From: Eledone cirrhosa
Lineage: Eukaryota
Assembly (NCBI GenBank): GCA_964016885.1
Contig: OZ024742.1
Span: forward strand, 353,462,001-353,526,000
Reading direction: 5' to 3'
Length of the DNA stretch: 64,000 nt
The notes under the pieces are model-generated. The model was given only the letters and a program-made list of their open reading frames with translations, was not told the DNA's origin and made no database searches. The number at the start of each line of letters is the position of its first letter. The first letter of the stretch is position 1. The translations under genes and the position numbers were made by a program. Of the stretch, positions 56,891-64,000 are shown in pieces.

Positions 56891-58358
56891 ATGGAGAAAA
56901 CTCATTAAAAAAAAATTACCACACCAACTACAACAGTAACAGCGACAACCAAAATACAGACTACAGAAAGAAATGCCAACTCTGAAAATATAAGTAATAG
57001 CAATGGCAATTATTTAGATTTGTCACATACAGACATGGAGTTCACGCCATTACCATTGTCTACATGTGTTAACGCCGCCATCCTCACCACCACAACGTCA
57101 AAAAGAACAACCAACACCACTGATACCACCACCACCACCACAGCAACAACTGAAACTAAAAATAAATTATGTTCTCGTGATATCGAAATGGATTCTCCGA
57201 AAATCGATTCCTCGACGCCGAACGGCACTGACACCATCACCACAACTGAAACTATAAGTAATAACAACAAAAATAACAATAACAACAACAGCAACAACAA
57301 TAACAAGAAGAATCACAACAACATCAACACCAGCGCAAAACCAACAGTGTCGTTTGCTAAAGCGGCATACAAAAATGAAACGGATGAGGTAAGCTAGAAT
57401 AATTGAATGAAGCCAACCAAATGGTAAAAAAATATGGTTTCAGGGTCAGCACCCATCCCCCTCCTCACCATCTAATACCATGGAGCATCGGTTCTATGCA
57501 CCGTGTCATATTGCACGATAAATATTAAAACGCACCGAGTGGAACCGGCATCCGAGTCCCAGATACAAAATCTTTGGGAAATGTGTGGGCTCAAAAAACC
57601 CGCATCAGACGTGGGCAAAAATATGGAACCGTGAGCGTGTCCTTTGGAACCCCAGAGGAAACCAGAGAGCACTCCATGGCTCCATTAAAAAGTGACGAGT
57701 TCACACTCGTCCCAAGCTATTGTGGTCAGAGACTAATAAGGATCAGGGTGACCAAGGTTTCTCGGGCCATCGAAATTCCCTGGCAAATAGCTGCAGTCCT
57801 CGCCGATATCGAGGCCGACACTAAAGTAATTGAGGTAATAAAAGTAGAGCAGGAGAACTGGACCGGGTCTGGGATGGAGCTCCTGATCCAAGCTGACCAA
57901 AAAAAACATACAGGAAAATCCAGAGGTGATATACCTCAATGACGGCAGGCAGCCACCTCACCGTAATAGTTCTGAGTAGAAAGCCTAGGTGTGTCATTTG
58001 TGGCAAATGAATCCACCTAAAGGCTCTCTGCCCTCAGGCTATAAAGTTGAAGCCACCTCCACTACCCACCCCAGTGACTCAAACATCAAAACCACCAGCA
58101 GAAATGGCAGCAACAACTGAAGCAGCAACAACAGAAGAACATGTAGCAGCAACAGCGCCAGCAACTGTAGCAGCAACAGTTGCAAAATCAACACCACCAC
58201 CACCCACCACGCCAGAATTAGCACCAGCGCCTCCCCCATCCACCACGCCACAACCAAACCCAAAGTCTGTGGAGGATTTTCCACTCCCCGATCTATCGCA
58301 ACTGGAGACAGATTGTGACGACGAGGAGGAGTTGGAAATGGTATCTGGAAAAAAGTAA
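56891..58358 (+). pseudogene. Tx1-like ORF1 (low-complexity N-terminus, SFAKA motif, zinc knuckle, Pro-rich tail)
   Basis: KPTVSFAKAA; PRCVICGK*IHLKALCP at ~57985-58035; frameshifted. Confidence 0.7.
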
Positions 58359-58922
58359 AAAAGAAAAAAATCCTGTTCCTTCGCCCTCCAAAAGCAAAAT
58401 GCAGGGTGAAACAAACAAACTAACAAACAAAAAAGGTAAGATAGCTAGGTCAACACACCGGCATCAGTAGCCATTCAACACAAACACCAGCCCGTCCCCA
58501 TCGTTAACCCCAACACCACAAAAATGACTAAAAAGCGAAACAGAAACAAACCCACAATAAACGCAAACAAAAGAAAGCAACTAAAACTATACACACTACA
58601 CAACATAAAAGTTGAACAACAATCAATTATTACACTCCATCCAACACAACACCAGCATTGCAGAACAAGTCTATACAACACCCAAAAAATTCACACAACC
58701 GCCACACATACAAATAGCTAGCATCAGACAGAAAACGTACACGACACTAAAATTAAAATTCCCCAAGAACATCGGAGTCTTCCGACAAATACTCTCCAGT
58801 ATGAGTTCTAAAGTCATCTTTCCGCAGGGGGCCACAAACAGTGAGAAAGACGGAAAAACCATCCTTCCTTCACAAGAAGTGAGGTAAGTGGTCTTTCCCA
58901 TCTTTTTCCATTCCTTTTCAAC

Positions 58923-61900
58923 ATGACCATACTCAGAATAGTCATCATTAATCCGCGTGGCATTGGGTCATCCTGGAAGTAGGGCCACCTGCTCAATGAC
59001 CTCAGGTCATTAAACATAGATGTAGTGGCCATCAGCGAGACGAGACTGTCCAAAGCTTGAGCCTTTGCACCGATCTTCGGCGGCTACGATTTATACGCAA
59101 CACACAGCCGTCCAGAATCAGGGGTAGGAGTTACTGTGCTTTTTCGGAGAGGCTTGGAACTCCCCATACGGGGCATCTTCCTGGACCCAGAAGGTAAGTC
59201 GGTGGTGATGGACGTGACCTGCAGCGAAGTCAATAGTTTCAGGATAGCAGCCGTTTACGCACCAACAGGGGCAGGACAGCCATATTTCTTCAGACGTCTA
59301 GAGACCTATCTTGGAACGTCCCGCTCTTTAGTGTTTGTGGGCGACTGGAACGGTATCTTAGATGCACGCTCTGATTATGTGGGGCCAGTAGACAGGGCAG
59401 GAGTGTGTAAAGGCCTCAACAACATGCTCTGACTTTTTGAACTGTCTGACAGGTATCGACTGGATTATCCCAATGTGACAAACCGCAACGGGTCATTCAG
59501 ATCGTATTTAAATATGGTATTCTGTAGGGAAACAGATAAGGCTACTGTAGGTTGTCCACAATTTAAAGTAATTGACTACACGGACCACAAGTTTGTGATC
59601 TGTGAAGTTGATTTAGATAGACTCCATAGGCAACTGAAACCTGAACGCGTCGTTCCCAGCGCGGAAAGCTTACAGAGACCGGATTAGAGAATTAGTTAAG
59701 CGTGCGTTGACGGGTGAGATCGTGAACAACACGTGGTGGTTTAACCTGAAAAGGGCTATTAGAGTAGAATAGATAAGGTTTAGCAAAGAAGTAGTGATAG
59801 AGGAAAATAAAGTAGAGGGAGAGTTAGTTAGAAAGCTAGAAAAGGCGTTTAGGACAGGCATCGCGGCGTGTTTGCGACGAGATTGGCACTCGACCTTTTC
59901 TTCAACGCAAAGCATGAGGGCTGCGTTGTCAGAGCTAGAGCGCGTGCTCTGAGACACGAGGAGACGAAAGCGGTTCAATGGGCCCGGGTGGTGGAGGCGC
60001 AACGTAGCAACAATTCCCCAATTCGGTTTTTCCCTGATCAAATCGGGCGTATGTTGCTCGTACCCGAGCAAATGTGTGAGGCTTTTCAACAGCTCTTTGG
60101 TCAATTTTTCGGGGGCGGCGGTGGGCCTGATCGGAGTAGGGACTTTGGTGCATACCTGGACTGACTGCCGGGGCTCTTGACAACGGCAGCGCAGTGCTGC
60201 GAAAAGCCAATAACAACAGGTGAAATACGGGAAGCGATGTCTGACTGCACGGAGGTGTAAATTGCCAGGTTTCGATGGCCTCCCTACCAGCTTTATGCGT
60301 ATATGCCAGACATGTTCGGTGACCTATTGGCAGATGTCTACTGCAACTGGAAGCAGAATAGGAACATTCCCAGCTTTGTGAACCGGGGAGCGGTGGAGCT
60401 GCTGAGAAAAGACCCTAAAAAGGGGGATGCTATAGACAACTTCAGGCCCATAACTCTTCTAAACGCAGAGTTTAAGATTTTGGCCAAGTTGTTAGGAAAG
60501 AGATGGGCGCTTGTCGTCGGTGATCGGAGGGAGAGGCGCAGACATGCGCCATTCGGGACAGATCCATCCATGACAACCTCCATCTCATGCGATACATCTT
60601 AGAAAGGGCGGTTAAGGAACCTGGCACGGGTTGGGTCCTGATCAACTTGGATGAATCTAAAGCATTTGATAGGGTCAACCATCGGGACCTGGCTGCAGAC
60701 TTCGAGGTGGTCGGCTTCGGGTCCGTTTTAAAGGAGCTGGATCGCTGCGATGTACAGCAACACCTGCTCGAGTGTGAGGGTGAATGGTCACCTGTGGCAG
60801 CCTTTCAGCATCATACGCTCGGTCCGCCAAGATTGCCACCTCTAGTCCCTCTTTTACGTATTTGCCCTCGAGCCGTTACTGCACAAATTGAAGACGATGA
60901 AGGGTGTCCGACGCGAACTGGGATGCGGGAGATCCGTGTCAGCTTACGCCGACAACGCCAGCGTGGTCGTGTCCATCACCGCTTTCAAGGAAAACGAAGT
61001 GGTGGCAGGAGCAAAGATAAACCAGGAAAAGTCGGTGGGCTTGCAACTCGGCACTTCGAGAGGCAAGTCCATGCTGTCCTACAGCGTGGTGGAGCGCTGG
61101 AAGGAAGAGCCGGTTAAATTGCTCAGGGTATGTTTCAGTCCGGACCTCCAGATGGAGAAAAATTGGAGCGAGGAGACCAGTAGGGTGACCTCTCTCACCC
61201 AGAAATGGGCTGAGAGGAGGCTGTCTCTGAAAGGTTGAGCGGAGGTGGCGAATGCGTACATAGCGTCCGTCATCTGCTACCACCTGACTGTTGTACCTTG
61301 CCCCCGCCCAACTATGACGACCAAAATGAAGCCCATTCTCTTCCGCTTGTTGGGGAGGTGACGTGTTCCCATGGTCACTGATCCATTTGCTGTCAACACC
61401 TGTTGCGTGCAGGACTAGGCATGCCGTGGCTGATGATGCACAAATATGCGCTGGTCCTTCCTTGACGGTGAACAGGTGTGGTAGCCAGACGCGCTTTTCC
61501 CCAGCTCCTCTCCTTGACGGAAAAGACCGAGTGATAGCGCTTGGAAGCTGGAATGTCTCCTAGCGCTCACCGCCCTCTCCCAGCTGGGCATGGTATCGTT
61601 GGAAAATCCACCTCGGCGTTCTATAGAGGTCTAGTGGAGGGAAGGAGCGACGATGTTCTCGAGGACGACATAGTTGTCAACGTCGATCAGATGTTCGCTC
61701 TCTTCAAGAGAACTTTCAGACCAGGGCTTATGGACAACTTCCAAAAATCCTTTGCCTGGTAGTGCCACCAGGGAGTGTTGCCGGTTCGGGATAAGCTCTA
61801 CAGGCACGGAAGTACTGTCAACAGAGCCTATCAGAGATGCGTGCAGGGCGACGAAACCGTCGTGCACGCACTCATTCAGTGCCCGAGGACTGCTGATTTG

Positions 61901-62247
61901 TGGAGCATGTCGAACAGCTGTTGTCGCGTGTAGGACGGATCCGGTTATCGTATGAGTCCATTGTGCACATAGCCCCATCATCCTCCTTTAAAGAGGAGGT
62001 AGGGCAGGCAGTTTTCATCTGCCTGGTGGCCATGGCGAAAGAGATTGTGTGGTGGACAAGGTTGAAAGGATTGAATACGGACATTTTCCTCTCCGGCCAA
62101 TCCCTGATTAACTTTTTCAAATTTCACTTGAAGAGGAAAATCAAGCTGGAGAGGCAAGTTCTGTCTTCTAGTAAGTTTTTGAAAAGGTGTCTGAAAGTGG
62201 CGAGTCTGGTCTCAGTGAACGGGCCCGCTCTGAGTATGCGACTGTAG
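58923..62247 (+). pseudogene. Tx1/L1-like ORF2 (APE endonuclease + RT), many stops and frameshifts
   Basis: INPRG, AISETRL, AVYAP, VGDWN, TDHK, PGFDGLP, NFRPITLLNAEFKILAK, LDESKAFDRVNH, AYADN, ETVVHALIQCP. Confidence 0.92.
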
Positions 62248-63389
62248 GCTGGTGAGAGGGAAAAGTGAGAGAGGGCGCTTTCCCTGGTGGTCAGGCTGGC
62301 CGTGTCTTTTGTTTGGTTTTCGCCACGAGTGACCCTCGGAGGTTGTCCTCCTCTATTGGGAATTTTGTTGTTTGAATTGTTTTGATTTCTAGTCCGATTT
62401 TCGTATAACCTGTTTACATGACCAAAACCCACTTTGTGGTGTCCTGTACTGTTCTGTGCCGTCTATAATGTTTTTCTTCGTGTTAGCCCTTGTGGCCAAT
62501 AAAGAAACCATTATTATTAAATAAATCAAGTTTATTTTCCATACAGTTATTCAGAGAATAAATCATTCTCGTGATTTAGATAAAATATGCAAGTCGATAT
62601 CTTCATGTAAAAAAGGATATAATTTGCCATTAAAATGTCTATTGAAGGCATTTCGTTTGGAATATTTCTTCTTCATGTCAGTATAATCATATGTGAAATC
62701 CTATGGCTTAGTGGTTAGGGAATTGGATTCCTAAACCAGGGATACAATTACGATTCATGGGAATACGTTATATCTTTCAGCTTTATTTCACGTTACGCAT
62801 TCTTCCAGGTGTTGCCACAGGAGTTAGTATAGGGAATGAAAGGAACAGTGAAAACATCTTTCCTTGGTCCGATCTTTCTCCCCATTCAGTAAGCGTCTCA
62901 TGTCAATGATCTTGTCAATAGATCAAAGTTTACAAACCAAATTATTTATAAAGCTAAACCGGATTTCAAAATCTGAGCATATATTCAAGGAAAAAACACA
63001 ATTGAATAACGAACCTAAACGCTCTATCGTAAGGATGGTACATTGTGCAGAAGAATATTTATATTTCAAATGATTAACACATGCTATTCAATGTTTTGCA
63101 AAGACATTCAAGTACAGAACTTAAGTGATGTAACATACAATTGTACAGATATATTTAGTACAGGAATATTTGTCTAATACATATAATTTACGACCGATTA
63201 CTGGGTGCAATGTATATGTAATGATATTTAAACTACATACAGCTAATGATATTACTCTTTGTGAACCTATTTACTATTTAACCTACGATAATATCTTTTG
63301 CATAATATTTATTACAGTATATAGCCAGCCCTAGGTTAATATCTGATTTAAATGGGGACATCTGAAGCACCATTTTTCTACCAATCCAA

Positions 63390-63436
63390 TTTTCTCTCTC
63401 TCTCACTATATATATATATATATATATATGTGTGTC

Positions 63437-63517
<81 letters not shown>

Positions 63518-63518
63518 A

Positions 63519-63590
<72 letters not shown>

Positions 63591-63710
63591 TATGTATTTA
63601 TATATATATGTATATATATATATACATATACATATATATATATATGTGTACATATTGGTGTATAAATATAAATATATATATATATACATATATATGTATA
63701 TATATATGCA

Positions 63711-63759
<49 letters not shown>

Positions 63760-63850
63760 ATGGGTGTATGCGTGGGTGGGCGTGTGAGGGGATGGGTGTA
63801 AGTGTGTGTGTGTATGTGTGTGTGTGTATATGTGCGTGTGTCTGTGTGTG
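63390..63850. repeat. (TA)n/(TG)n microsatellite tract
   Basis: Direct reading. Confidence 0.96.
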
Positions 63851-64000
63851 AGTGTTACTATTTTGAAGGATGATGTATGTACGTTCATACATATACAAAT
63901 TAAATGTATGTTATTATTGTACACATGAAATGAATAAGGATACAATTCTTCGCAGAGTAGCAAGGAACTACATAGCCAGCGGTAAATAGTATTTGAAGTA

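Larger units (their letters stand above)
56568..62508 (+). mobile_element. Near full-length decayed Tx1/L1-clade non-LTR retrotransposon
   Basis: ORF1 with a CCHC knuckle, ORF2 APE-RT-CCHC, AATAAA at 62498, c(att)n on both sides. Confidence 0.9.

Noticed and set aside
58047-58426. Pro/Ala/Thr-rich mucin-like ORF and its antisense
   Set aside because: Low-complexity part of the Tx1 ORF1, not a host gene

Overview
Eukaryotic, AT-rich, repeat-saturated window with no intact host gene. The SINE signatures point to an octopus/cephalopod genome (inferred from recall, not a database search). Almost all of the YI/IY, TH and VC ORFs are translations of (TA)n and (CA)n microsatellites. Protein-coding relics are all retroelements: at least four Penelope-like element (PLE) families (RT plus C-terminal GIY-YIG), one near full-length but decayed Tx1/L1-clade LINE (56568-62508) and RTE-clade fragments. 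The main hidden signal is about 25 type I hammerhead ribozyme (HHR) motifs, intact or degenerate, from more than 12 sequence families. Most have a self-complementary stem III, and three families carry a compensatory U3-A8 core. Several sit in non-coding tandem units (469, ~467, 317, ~705, 592 and 690 bp) that look like animal non-LTR retrozymes. These units are inserted in (TA)n, several with the same fold-back plus tail geometry as the PLEs, and in two places they are fused to PLE pieces. The 469/467-bp families also share a conserved AP-1-like plus octamer module. Ribozyme activity, transcription and family names are predictions from manual reading and have not been tested.
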